A DNA stretch of 64,000 nt, taken from the IMG/VR virus record IMGVR_UViG_3300020442_000011, positions 1-64,000 of that record, one strand, 5' to 3'. The stretch is from a virus. The notes under the pieces were generated by a model. It ran no database searches. It was not told the origin of the DNA and worked only from the letters and a program-made list of their open reading frames with translations. Below, piece by piece: positions 50,227 through 58,925 of this stretch (positions within the stretch are counted from its first letter, which is position 1; every line of letters starts with the position of its first letter). A program made the translations under genes and the position numbers.

Positions 50227-50801
50227 TGCCTGAACTCGAACCGACGGTAGGGAGTTGGCTCGAGGAGATCAATGACGAGGCTATCCGTCAGGAGCCTCGT
50301 ATCTCCGAATACCAATTCCAACGCGAAGTACTTACCCTACTCGAAAACCCGTTTGATGCTAATCACATTGATCGGTATAGTCGTTATGTAGGTGAGTTGA
50401 CAAAACCACTCAATGTCATGAGTAACGATAACCAAGGTGTTATCCTGTTTACGGTACCACCGCTTGTTTTCCCACCACGTCCAACGATTGCTGCAACCGG
50501 CGGTGTGACTGCTGAGAACTTGTTCTACCATCTTGAACGTTCCAAAGAGATCGGTGCGCGCGATATCAACGATCGGGTGACAGAATTCATGTTATCCATC
50601 ACTGGGTTCGGTAATCTCGTTAACGACGTTATCATGCCCATTCGCGAAATTCTTGCAAAATACGGTCGTAAGATGGTATCGATCCCTGGAATTGATACAC
50701 CACTACCCAACGGCGAACAAGTAAGCCCTACAGTGAGTGGTTCTACCGAAACCCCGGTTGCCAATAACCAGAGTAGTTTTACTGATGACTACGATGATTA
50801 G
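50226..50801 (+). CDS. Conserved hypothetical protein
   Basis: 191 aa, ILFTVPPL motif, acidic C-tail. Confidence 0.6.
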   Translation: MPELEPTVGSWLEEINDEAIRQEPRISEYQFQREVLTLLENPFDANHIDRYSRYVGELTKPLNVMSNDNQGVILFTVPPLVFPPRPTIAATGGVTAENLFYHLERSKEIGARDINDRVTEFMLSITGFGNLVNDVIMPIREILAKYGRKMVSIPGIDTPLPNGEQVSPTVSGSTETPVANNQSSFTDDYDD

Positions 50802-51987
50802 TCCTGAAGTAAAAACAGACGGTCCACGGTCTAGCCTTTTTACAGAGGGTAAGATTGCGGGCCGTTTTCGTTTTGTGAGCGTGGGTGATATTCATCTTAA
50901 ACACCCACGCACTCCGACATCCCTCGTTCTTAACAATTTAACTAAGTATTGTGTTAACGATGCGGTGTTTAAAAACCTGGATATTTTTTTCATTACGGGC
51001 GATCTCTTCGACTCCTTGTTAATGAATAACGATCCACGTTTATATGAAATCCATCGATGGCTAACATATCTTCTTTACAAATGCGCTGAACACGATGTTC
51101 TTTTAAGGATCGTTGAGGGGACACCATCTCACGACCGAGAGCAATCAGTCTTCTTAACAGAACAAGCTGTTAACGCCAAGATCCCTGTTGATGTTCATTA
51201 CGCCACCACGTTGTCAATTGAATACGTGGAACGCTTTGGTATTCATATTCTTTATGTTCCAGACAAATGGCGAACAGAGACAACAGAAACATTAGGAGAA
51301 GTTAAACTCCTTTTAAAAGAAAAAGGTATCGATCAGGTTGACTTTGCTGTGATGCACGGCGCTTTCGAGTATCAACTTCCAGAAATCGTCCCTGAGCCAT
51401 CCCACGATAGTGAGGAATACCATCGCCTAGTAAAATGTTTTATTCTCATTGGACACGTTCATAAGGCATCTCAGAAGGGACGTATCTTAGCGGCGGGCAG
51501 TTTCGACCGTGACGGACATGGTAACGAAGAACCCAAAGGTTATTATGATGTCACTATATTCAGCAATGATGATTATCAGATAACATTTGTTGAGAATAAA
51601 GACGCTAAGAAATATGTAGGTGTTGATTGCGTCGGTCTTGATAGTCGTGAATCACTTATCAAGATTTCCAATCTAGTCTCTACACTGCCAAAAGGTAGTG
51701 CTGTAAAAATAAAGTGTTACGCAACAGATCCTATTTTTAAAGAATACAAGGATCTTCTTGAAGCATTCCCCTATATTGAATTTACCACCGACCGTCTTCG
51801 TGATACACGTGAAGAAGCCAAGGTCATGGAAGAACTCATGACGCTGGATTTCGATGTATTTAAAGACATCACACCTGAATCACTTCCAACGCTATTGATG
51901 GAAGAAGTCAACTCACTCACGTCGGACGAAAACCAACGTCGTCGATGTCTTGAGCTAATCGAGTCGGTGAACACATCAAACGCTTGA
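50785..51987 (+). CDS. SbcD/Mre11-like metallophosphoesterase nuclease (phiKZ gp65-like)
   Basis: GDIH, GDLFD, GTPSHD, MHG, GHVH, GS motifs. Start at 50785 or 50794. Confidence 0.85.
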   Translation: MTTMISPEVKTDGPRSSLFTEGKIAGRFRFVSVGDIHLKHPRTPTSLVLNNLTKYCVNDAVFKNLDIFFITGDLFDSLLMNNDPRLYEIHRWLTYLLYKCAEHDVLLRIVEGTPSHDREQSVFLTEQAVNAKIPVDVHYATTLSIEYVERFGIHILYVPDKWRTETTETLGEVKLLLKEKGIDQVDFAVMHGAFEYQLPEIVPEPSHDSEEYHRLVKCFILIGHVHKASQKGRILAAGSFDRDGHGNEEPKGYYDVTIFSNDDYQITFVENKDAKKYVGVDCVGLDSRESLIKISNLVSTLPKGSAVKIKCYATDPIFKEYKDLLEAFPYIEFTTDRLRDTREEAKVMEELMTLDFDVFKDITPESLPTLLMEEVNSLTSDENQRRRCLELIESVNTSNA

Positions 51988-51994
51988 GGTAGAC

Positions 51995-52831
51995 ATGACC
52001 GCTTACGTTCGTACATTGGGTGAGTATCCTATTTCAGTGGGTACGTCATTAGCTTTAGAAGGGTTCTTTAGAAAAGAACCTAATATTCGTCAGGAACGAA
52101 TCCGTACTGCTATCACCAAGTTGTGGGTAAACCTGGAAACAGTGGTTCGTAACGCAATTGAGGCGTATCCTTCTGATGACCTCAAGACACTGCCTTTAAA
52201 TGACGTTGTGGATTCAGTGTTTGAAGATGTGGAAGCCATTCAAACAACCATCCGCGACCAGTCGGAAGGTTCAGTAGCGTTGGTTCTGTTTTATGAAGAC
52301 CCTGAAGAACGTAAATGGTTATTCCCTCATGCCCAGTGGCGCGTCCCCACAACCGAACGTAAAAAACGTATTTCTCTTTTACATGACCTAGCAACACGTC
52401 AGGTATCGGGTATGATGCTTGAGAAGAAAATGCCGTTGAACATTATCAAACGGCGCCCACCTGTATCTCACGACCATGTAGCCATACTTACTCACCATAT
52501 CCATAATTTGTTCTGGGAACGATCCTTTGGTTATTTGGTCCTTCTAGAATCCTATACAGGTGCGTTAAAGGATGCCAACTTATGGTCAGGTAAAATGAAG
52601 GGCGTTGACGTTAGAGATCAGATGCCTTTTAATCCATTAACTCTTCAAATTTTAGGTGATGGTTCTTTATTCGCCGGTGAATCACGTGTCATTCAACGTG
52701 AGTTAAAAGTTCTTGCTAGAAACGCCAACTGGACGAAGGTTACTACAAGAGAACGCATATTGAATGACATTAGTCGTCAAGGTACGCCTGTTCTAAAAGA
52801 AGCGTACAACAAACTGATGAGTCGTCATTGA
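51995..52831 (+). CDS. Conserved core protein (phiKZ gp66-like)
   Basis: 278 aa, GAGG RBS, GEYPISVGTSLALE, synteny. Confidence 0.55.
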   Translation: MTAYVRTLGEYPISVGTSLALEGFFRKEPNIRQERIRTAITKLWVNLETVVRNAIEAYPSDDLKTLPLNDVVDSVFEDVEAIQTTIRDQSEGSVALVLFYEDPEERKWLFPHAQWRVPTTERKKRISLLHDLATRQVSGMMLEKKMPLNIIKRRPPVSHDHVAILTHHIHNLFWERSFGYLVLLESYTGALKDANLWSGKMKGVDVRDQMPFNPLTLQILGDGSLFAGESRVIQRELKVLARNANWTKVTTRERILNDISRQGTPVLKEAYNKLMSRH

Positions 52832-52902
52832 GATAAATTACGCTCAACAGTAATGCTGTAGAAAGCCAATGGTCTTCCAATCCGTTTTATAAGGGTCTTA
52901 TT

Positions 52903-53643
52903 ATGAGTAATTTCAACCGGCAAGGCAACAACGCTAACCGGAAACCAATTCCGCTAACCCAGTTTGATGTTTTTAGTAACTGGCTTTATGCTGATGCTCC
53001 TGTCGCCGGTGCACAGAAACCGGGCAACTTCCGTCTTAAAGTAATTGCTAACGTCCCACGCTTTATCGTTAAGACAAACGTCCCTGATGACAAGGACAAT
53101 GGACGTATCGAATTCCAGACGGATATTCCCACGTTCATGGCTGTGATTAAACTGGTTGAGGATCTAGCTGAAGGGCGCGAAGAAGGGTCGTTCACATTGG
53201 AATATAACGACCATGTCTTCGGCGCTGGTGGACAACGCAGTGAGAAGCCAGTTACTAAGGCATCCATCAAGATCGGTAAGGACAAAGAGAGCGGCCGTAT
53301 CTATATTGCCGTGCTCGGATACAATCGCCCGAAAATCCAGTTCTTCTTCGGACCGGCTAAGCGTCACGATCTTAAAGGTGGTGATGGTTCTGTTTTGGAT
53401 GCAGGCTTTGTAAGTCGTACCTATGCACGTGCCTGTGTTAAATCGTGGTCTGAGATGGCACTCAAGCTACTCAACGATAACTTCGATAAAGATGCGAAGA
53501 ACGTTGCTAAACCACCTGCACCCCCGCAAGGTCAAGGTGGTGGCAATGGCTATCAAGGCGGTGGTAACAACCAACGTCAACAAGCTGCATCCGCACCAGC
53601 GAACGTTGAGAGTTTCGACGATTTCGGTGATGACGCGTGGTAA
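52903..53643 (+). CDS. chmC: ChmC-like nucleic-acid-binding, nucleus-associated protein (phiKZ gp67-like)
   Basis: 246 aa directly upstream of the sigma-like subunit. Beta-rich core plus G/N/Q-rich tail ending FDDFGDDAW. Confidence 0.65.
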   Translation: MSNFNRQGNNANRKPIPLTQFDVFSNWLYADAPVAGAQKPGNFRLKVIANVPRFIVKTNVPDDKDNGRIEFQTDIPTFMAVIKLVEDLAEGREEGSFTLEYNDHVFGAGGQRSEKPVTKASIKIGKDKESGRIYIAVLGYNRPKIQFFFGPAKRHDLKGGDGSVLDAGFVSRTYARACVKSWSEMALKLLNDNFDKDAKNVAKPPAPPQGQGGGNGYQGGGNNQRQQAASAPANVESFDDFGDDAW

Positions 53644-53659
53644 AAGAATAAACAACATA

Positions 53660-53690
53660 CAGTCGCTGTCCTTTGTCGGGACAGCGACTG
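53660..53690 (+). terminator. Hairpin with CATA/TATG flanks
   Basis: CAGTCGCTGTCC...GGACAGCGACTG. Confidence 0.7.
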
Positions 53691-53716
53691 GTTTATGAGT
53701 GCTAACAAAAATAAAA

Positions 53717-53726
53717 CCTACATCAT
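53717..53726 (+). promoter_or_regulatory. Early promoter motif
   Basis: CCTACATCAT about 40 nt upstream of ATG 53764. Confidence 0.5.
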
Positions 53727-53763
53727 TGACGTGTGTCCCACACCAAATGGAGTTTCACCGCAG

Positions 53764-55335
53764 ATGCGTTTTCTCATTTCTTCTCAGTCGGGTACTGGTT
53801 TTACTGAGGTTACAACCGAACATAACGGGCGTTCTCTCACCTGGGTGGTTAAGTTTTACACTAAGGTTCAGTTGACCGATCCTTCTGAAGTGTTCATGGG
53901 GATCAACCAATACCTGGAGACATTACCTGACGAAGTTCTCGATGCAATTTTTGAAATATATGTCGAGATGAAAGAAATCCTCGAGGAAACATATGAGGGT
54001 TCTGAAATGGTTATCCCTCTCCAAACATGCATCAAGCAGCTTTATTCGATGGTGCCGATGGAGAGCATCCGGAAGTGGATTATCTTTAACTATCCGGTTT
54101 ACATCCCCGAAATTCCAGATACTTTAACAGACCGTTACATGAATCGTGATGAGACCTATATCAAAGCAGATTACTTTGATCTGGTGGTGTTCTCTTTAGC
54201 GACACGTTTCATGATCCCGGTGTGGGGTGAGTACATCACACGAGGTGGTGCTGGAAATGGTGGGGAACTTTATAAAGAATTGGATGCACTGTCGCTCGTA
54301 AGCGGCACTGAAATGATGAAGTGGCCATTGGATAATGGTACACCTGGATCTCTACCTGCTCGCGATAAACTCATGCGTTATATCGAGATCAAAGCAGAAC
54401 GTAACACAACGTCCCTGGCGGATCTCTTTGGTGGGATGAGTTGTTTTGATATTCCAGCACGGCTATTGGCGACTGTAATCTTGCGTCGTTTAACGATAGT
54501 TCCTTTAACGCCCCAAGGGTCTGATGGGGAAGGAAAGAACATCGTTGCTAACCTTCACCACTATGTCGACCAACGTTTACGTCCCAATGATAAACGTGCG
54601 GGTTCTGTTAACCCTAAGATGAAAGACAGTGAAGGTGCTGATCCTGATGATAAAACATCAGTGGCTGAACAATATAAAATTCGCCAGAAGGTCTCTGATG
54701 GTGATATCATGGCGTTTCAAGTAGAAGCGCAAAGACAGCTTCTACTAGCAACCAAAGTAGATCCCTCTTTCGATCCAGTAATCTTGGATAAAGTCAATGA
54801 ATATCGACACGAATTTGACAATATCCACCTAAGCAATCATCAGCTGACACTGGCCCAGTGGGCCTTGGCAAAAGCATATCCACCCCGTGCATTTGAAGAT
54901 GTGGATATGAAAGCTATCAATAACCTGGTGGCAACTGCTCAGGCGTTATACTGGCATTGGGGACTATATGACATTGCCATCCTGATGACGGTGGAGAAGG
55001 TTCGATTCTCAGATGAGGATAGTCCAGGCTTATCACCTCTTGCAAAACCAACTTCAAGATTTAAAAATGAAATCCTTGAAGACTTCATGCAAGCATTCCC
55101 CCACTTCTTCCCGCAGTCGGGTAAGGATGCTAAGGATGTAAAAGGTAACGTTGCTTTCATCGGCGTATCTACCGTCCTGCAGGAAATGTTCGAAGCTAGC
55201 TGGTATTATCGGGGTAACCCTGAACTTTATGCGTTATCTTCGCAGAACCCAGATAGCCGTACGATCATCGTACAAACAACAATAAGACAGACGCTACATG
55301 CAGCTGTCATGAAAATCGTCTCATTGAACCAGTAA
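53764..55335 (+). CDS. nvRNAP sigma-like fifth subunit (phiKZ gp68-like)
   Basis: ~523 aa helical, synteny. Start moved downstream of hairpin and promoter (GGAG upstream). Confidence 0.7.
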   Translation: MRFLISSQSGTGFTEVTTEHNGRSLTWVVKFYTKVQLTDPSEVFMGINQYLETLPDEVLDAIFEIYVEMKEILEETYEGSEMVIPLQTCIKQLYSMVPMESIRKWIIFNYPVYIPEIPDTLTDRYMNRDETYIKADYFDLVVFSLATRFMIPVWGEYITRGGAGNGGELYKELDALSLVSGTEMMKWPLDNGTPGSLPARDKLMRYIEIKAERNTTSLADLFGGMSCFDIPARLLATVILRRLTIVPLTPQGSDGEGKNIVANLHHYVDQRLRPNDKRAGSVNPKMKDSEGADPDDKTSVAEQYKIRQKVSDGDIMAFQVEAQRQLLLATKVDPSFDPVILDKVNEYRHEFDNIHLSNHQLTLAQWALAKAYPPRAFEDVDMKAINNLVATAQALYWHWGLYDIAILMTVEKVRFSDEDSPGLSPLAKPTSRFKNEILEDFMQAFPHFFPQSGKDAKDVKGNVAFIGVSTVLQEMFEASWYYRGNPELYALSSQNPDSRTIIVQTTIRQTLHAAVMKIVSLNQ

Positions 55336-55349
55336 TTCGGAGTATTGAC

Positions 55350-56990
55350 ATGGGTATGTTAGGACAACAGCAGCAGCCTGAAATTGAAATCGTTGAGTTT
55401 GTACTCATCGAAATGGGTACGTATCAGAATCAATATTATCGTCCATTTGAAATCAACGCTGACTACAACAACATCAACGCACTGGGTGAGGCTACCAATG
55501 GTGGTCAGGTGCTTGATATCACTAATGTCGAGCAGGTTGCTTCAAACATCATCTCACCTCAATCAAAGACTAACGGCATGAGCCAAATCCCCAATGGTTG
55601 GGCAACACGCCGGTTCTCATTTGTTATGCGGGTTATCGAGAAACCACGTTTCAGTCAGACCTCAACAGTTGAACGCATTTTCTATGGTTATACAGATGTG
55701 GCCGATCTGTCATTCGGTAAGAATGACCTTGACCCCAACATGCGTCTCTACTTCAACAGTGAGATGACAATTAACACCGACGTTCGTCCGGGGCCACAGG
55801 GTGTCATGATCCCCATGTCTCGGGTAATGAGCTCTACTCAGATCGTCTCCCCGATGGATATGGCGGGCGGTAATGCCGGTCTGTTTGGCGATTCTATTTA
55901 CCTCATTCGCCCGGAAGATGTCTTCCTCCATAACCACGATGTGTCCCAGTCGCAGATCCTACAACAAACAGGTGTGTTGGATGGCTCTGTAGAGCGGTTC
56001 TATGACACACGTGGAATGTCGACAAAAGGAGGACATTACAAACTAAACCGTCGCCAAGATAACTCCCCCTCACGTTACCTTCAGCGTTTCCTCTCTGGAT
56101 ATGACCACGGTATCCGTGAGTCTCGGGAATCTTACGATGGTGGTATTGTTGGTGACTCAATTCTGACGAGCGCGGCACAGAAAGTTAAGAACCCCGAGCT
56201 TCACCAGTTGGACTTCTTCGAAATCCTAAAAATGGACTGTGGGTATCTGGAACAAGGCTTTGTTCGTTATGGGGATCTCTGTAACGTTTTCCCAACGTTG
56301 AACAACGTCGCTGAGTTCACCATCAATGATGGGCGTTCTGTTCGTCGTCTATCTGAAGCAACTGATAGTGCTTATTGGAATGGTGGTAATTACACCTCCA
56401 TTGCGGTGTCCATGTTGGCACAGGTGGTCCCCAGTGTCATGATGGAGAACTTTATCCGTCAGATCAATTTCACGGTGACGTCTGGTAACGGGTATGGTGA
56501 ATACTTCATCGATGTGGATAAGAACTCTCTGCGGATGATGTCATCTAACTTACCTGATCAGGTTGTCCAAAGAAGCATCAGTGAATTCAAGCGTCGCATT
56601 TCCCTTGACGTTCTGAACTATGTCACCCGCTACAATCAGCTCTTCTGTCAGATCGGTATGGTGACTAACCTACAGTCTGAGAGTGTTATCGATATTGCAT
56701 TGGATAGCCACAATGTCGAGCGGTATGTTGCACCGACATTCAGTGATGGTCTCTTTACACCTGTGGCAACGAACGAAGTGGATCGTCGTAATCTCATGTG
56801 TGAATCACTTGGTTACTTGGTACGTGAAACATTCGATCATTCAGTCCAACAACCTACAATGGATTACGCGCCACAACAGAGCTTCTCGAATCCGACGCTT
56901 ACGCGAGACCATGTTGCTAACCCCTATGGGCAACAGCAACCGCAATCCAGTGGCTCCGCCTTCGCGGGTCTTCCAGACGACATCATTTAA
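55350..56990 (+). CDS. picA: Phage-nucleus protein import factor PicA/Imp1-like (phiKZ gp69-like)
   Basis: 546 aa after the sigma-like gene. GTYQ.QY.RPF, IPNGW..RRF.F, IRPEDVF, YVAPTFSD.L segments. Confidence 0.7.
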   Translation: MGMLGQQQQPEIEIVEFVLIEMGTYQNQYYRPFEINADYNNINALGEATNGGQVLDITNVEQVASNIISPQSKTNGMSQIPNGWATRRFSFVMRVIEKPRFSQTSTVERIFYGYTDVADLSFGKNDLDPNMRLYFNSEMTINTDVRPGPQGVMIPMSRVMSSTQIVSPMDMAGGNAGLFGDSIYLIRPEDVFLHNHDVSQSQILQQTGVLDGSVERFYDTRGMSTKGGHYKLNRRQDNSPSRYLQRFLSGYDHGIRESRESYDGGIVGDSILTSAAQKVKNPELHQLDFFEILKMDCGYLEQGFVRYGDLCNVFPTLNNVAEFTINDGRSVRRLSEATDSAYWNGGNYTSIAVSMLAQVVPSVMMENFIRQINFTVTSGNGYGEYFIDVDKNSLRMMSSNLPDQVVQRSISEFKRRISLDVLNYVTRYNQLFCQIGMVTNLQSESVIDIALDSHNVERYVAPTFSDGLFTPVATNEVDRRNLMCESLGYLVRETFDHSVQQPTMDYAPQQSFSNPTLTRDHVANPYGQQQPQSSGSAFAGLPDDII

Positions 56991-56997
56991 GTGATAG

Positions 56998-57023
56998 GAG
57001 GGACACCTTTTAGGGTGTCCCTC
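56998..57023 (+). terminator. Hairpin
   Basis: GAGGGACACC-TTTTAG-GGTGTCCCTC. Confidence 0.6.
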
Positions 57024-57037
57024 TACTTGGAGTTTAC

Positions 57038-58441
57038 ATGAAAAACCAGCAAAAAGAAGTTATCGAGTTTTACAAGGATGTATTAGGTACGCTCAGGGTC
57101 ACGACGGATAAAGATGGTCGTGCCCATGTAGTGAATCCAGATGGCAGTCAGAACCCAGCTGTGCTTGATGACAAACCGTTGTATCTTCCTTTGGAGCGCA
57201 CGCTCGAAGGCGACATGATGGAGACAGTCCAACATTTCCATCCACTGTGCGAAGCACTCCCACGTAAGACCCCATCTCCTGTTATCACTTATATGACACG
57301 CCTTGCTCGTATGAACATTGGTGTGTACCTTAAAGTGATCCTTGAGCGGTTGATGGAGGTGGCAGCTGACCCAACACTGCATGATGAGTTACCCCCAGAA
57401 ACTACGGACTACTTCAAGAAACTTCAACATGTTGATGAGAAAGTTTACAAGAAACTTGTAAAACTCATCAATGCGGCGATCAAGAAGAATTCGTTGGTGA
57501 CTGTTTACTGTAAGCCTGGCGGTAAGTATCAGGGGGAAACAGTCACACGACTTTGTACTATTCGTTTCCCGATTATCGGGATGATCGAAGCAAACGACAC
57601 GAAGATACTGAAGTTCAGTTTCTCTTCTGAGCGGGAACGTAAGACAATCCTCGCGTTGTTCAACTACGTTCTTCCAGGTGGTTATGATCACGAAACATAC
57701 AGTGCGCCTAGTGAGTCTAAGGTGGCACCTTTCTTTGATTCGTTCATGTTGGCGTACGAGAAGGTAGTCCTCCAACTCAACGCTATCATCGACCGTCATG
57801 GTAAGTCCATGGAGTTCGGATTAGATCCGTTCCCCACAAAAGTATTCAAGAAGCTCGATCGTCTTCCTGAGTATTACAATAATTCACGTATCCCGACCTT
57901 GCCTGGTAATGAAGGCGGTAAGCGTGAAATGGAAGAGATCAAGAAGACGAACCATGCCAAGACACAGGCGCCCAATCCAAACCAAGCGCAGAGTGCACCA
58001 CCTTGGAACGATTCAGCTCCAACATCGCCTCAACAACCCCAGCAAGCTGCACCACCCGCTAACACGAGTGGTAATATCTCGATGGACGAATATCGCCGTC
58101 GGATGAGCGGGCAACAGCCTCAGCCGAACAATTGGCAACAGCCTCAGCAGCCCCAACCACACTGGCAGGCCCCGGCATATCCTCAACAGATGCCTTACCA
58201 GCAACCTCAACAGCCTCAGCAACCTCATAACCCGTTTAGTGTATTGATGCCTGGACATCACCCACAACAAATGGGTTATCCGCAATACCAGCAGCCACAA
58301 ACGCCTTTTGAAGCAGCAATGAATAATCAAATGGGTGGTTATCCCCAACAAGGGGCTGGTTATCAACCTCAGCAACCGGGTGCAGGGTATCAACAACCCC
58401 ATCCACAGAATGGTTATAACGGTGGTGGCGACATCATCTAA
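57038..58441 (+). CDS. Conserved core protein (phiKZ gp70-like) with long Q/P-rich low-complexity tail
   Basis: 467 aa, FHPLCE motif, C-terminal ~160 aa rich in Q/P/G/Y. Confidence 0.65.
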   Translation: MKNQQKEVIEFYKDVLGTLRVTTDKDGRAHVVNPDGSQNPAVLDDKPLYLPLERTLEGDMMETVQHFHPLCEALPRKTPSPVITYMTRLARMNIGVYLKVILERLMEVAADPTLHDELPPETTDYFKKLQHVDEKVYKKLVKLINAAIKKNSLVTVYCKPGGKYQGETVTRLCTIRFPIIGMIEANDTKILKFSFSSERERKTILALFNYVLPGGYDHETYSAPSESKVAPFFDSFMLAYEKVVLQLNAIIDRHGKSMEFGLDPFPTKVFKKLDRLPEYYNNSRIPTLPGNEGGKREMEEIKKTNHAKTQAPNPNQAQSAPPWNDSAPTSPQQPQQAAPPANTSGNISMDEYRRRMSGQQPQPNNWQQPQQPQPHWQAPAYPQQMPYQQPQQPQQPHNPFSVLMPGHHPQQMGYPQYQQPQTPFEAAMNNQMGGYPQQGAGYQPQQPGAGYQQPHPQNGYNGGGDII

Positions 58442-58449
58442 AACGACAT

Positions 58450-58478
58450 AAGTAGATACCCAGCAAGGGTATCTACTT
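58450..58478. terminator. Bidirectional hairpin
   Basis: AAGTAGATACCC-AGCAA-GGGTATCTACTT between convergent genes, CATA/TATG flanks. Confidence 0.75.
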
Positions 58479-58487
58479 TATGTTCCT

Positions 58488-58853
58488 TTAACTTCTTTTT
58501 GTCAGGTATTGTTTCTTAATCTGTTCTACCAGTAATTCGGGAGGTATCATTAACGATACTTGGTGAATACCCGAATATTCGTCGTGGAGTTCTTTACCGA
58601 AGTGTGAAGGACTATCGTAGTGATTAAGACGCATGATCAACCAGTGTTGACTTACAGGGTGTCCCAGCTTATGTAATAATCCATAGAGATCCCCTTCAAA
58701 CCGATAAAGGTCATCTGCCGACACTGCGGTTACCTGGGTGTCTGGACTCTGTCTGAGTAAAGGGAGATGTTGTTCTAATGTGACCCGGAAAAGAGGATCA
58801 AAAAAGACATTACTGCCTGGTCGCCGTATCGTTGTTTGAACGGTGAGTGCCAT
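58488..58853 (-). CDS. Small protein with LysM-like/T4 gp53-like baseplate wedge motif
   Basis: ATG 58853 with GAGG RBS, YRFEGDLYGLL..HWLIMRLN..SP. Confidence 0.5.
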   Translation of the reverse strand: MALTVQTTIRRPGSNVFFDPLFRVTLEQHLPLLRQSPDTQVTAVSADDLYRFEGDLYGLLHKLGHPVSQHWLIMRLNHYDSPSHFGKELHDEYSGIHQVSLMIPPELLVEQIKKQYLTKRS

Positions 58854-58875
58854 GTTAAAACCTCGAGTTATTAAA

Positions 58876-58885
58876 TCTATATCAT
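58876..58885 (+). promoter_or_regulatory. Early promoter motif
   Basis: TCTATATCAT 40 nt upstream of nvRNAP beta. Confidence 0.6.
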
Positions 58886-58925
58886 CAACAGGTAAGAACC
58901 AAAACACATTAAGGAGTAGGGAAAG

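Noticed and set aside
58100-58400. CRISPR-like or tandem DNA repeat
   Set aside because: The CAA/CAG/CCT repeats are explained by the Q/P-rich protein tail. There is no constant repeat-spacer period.
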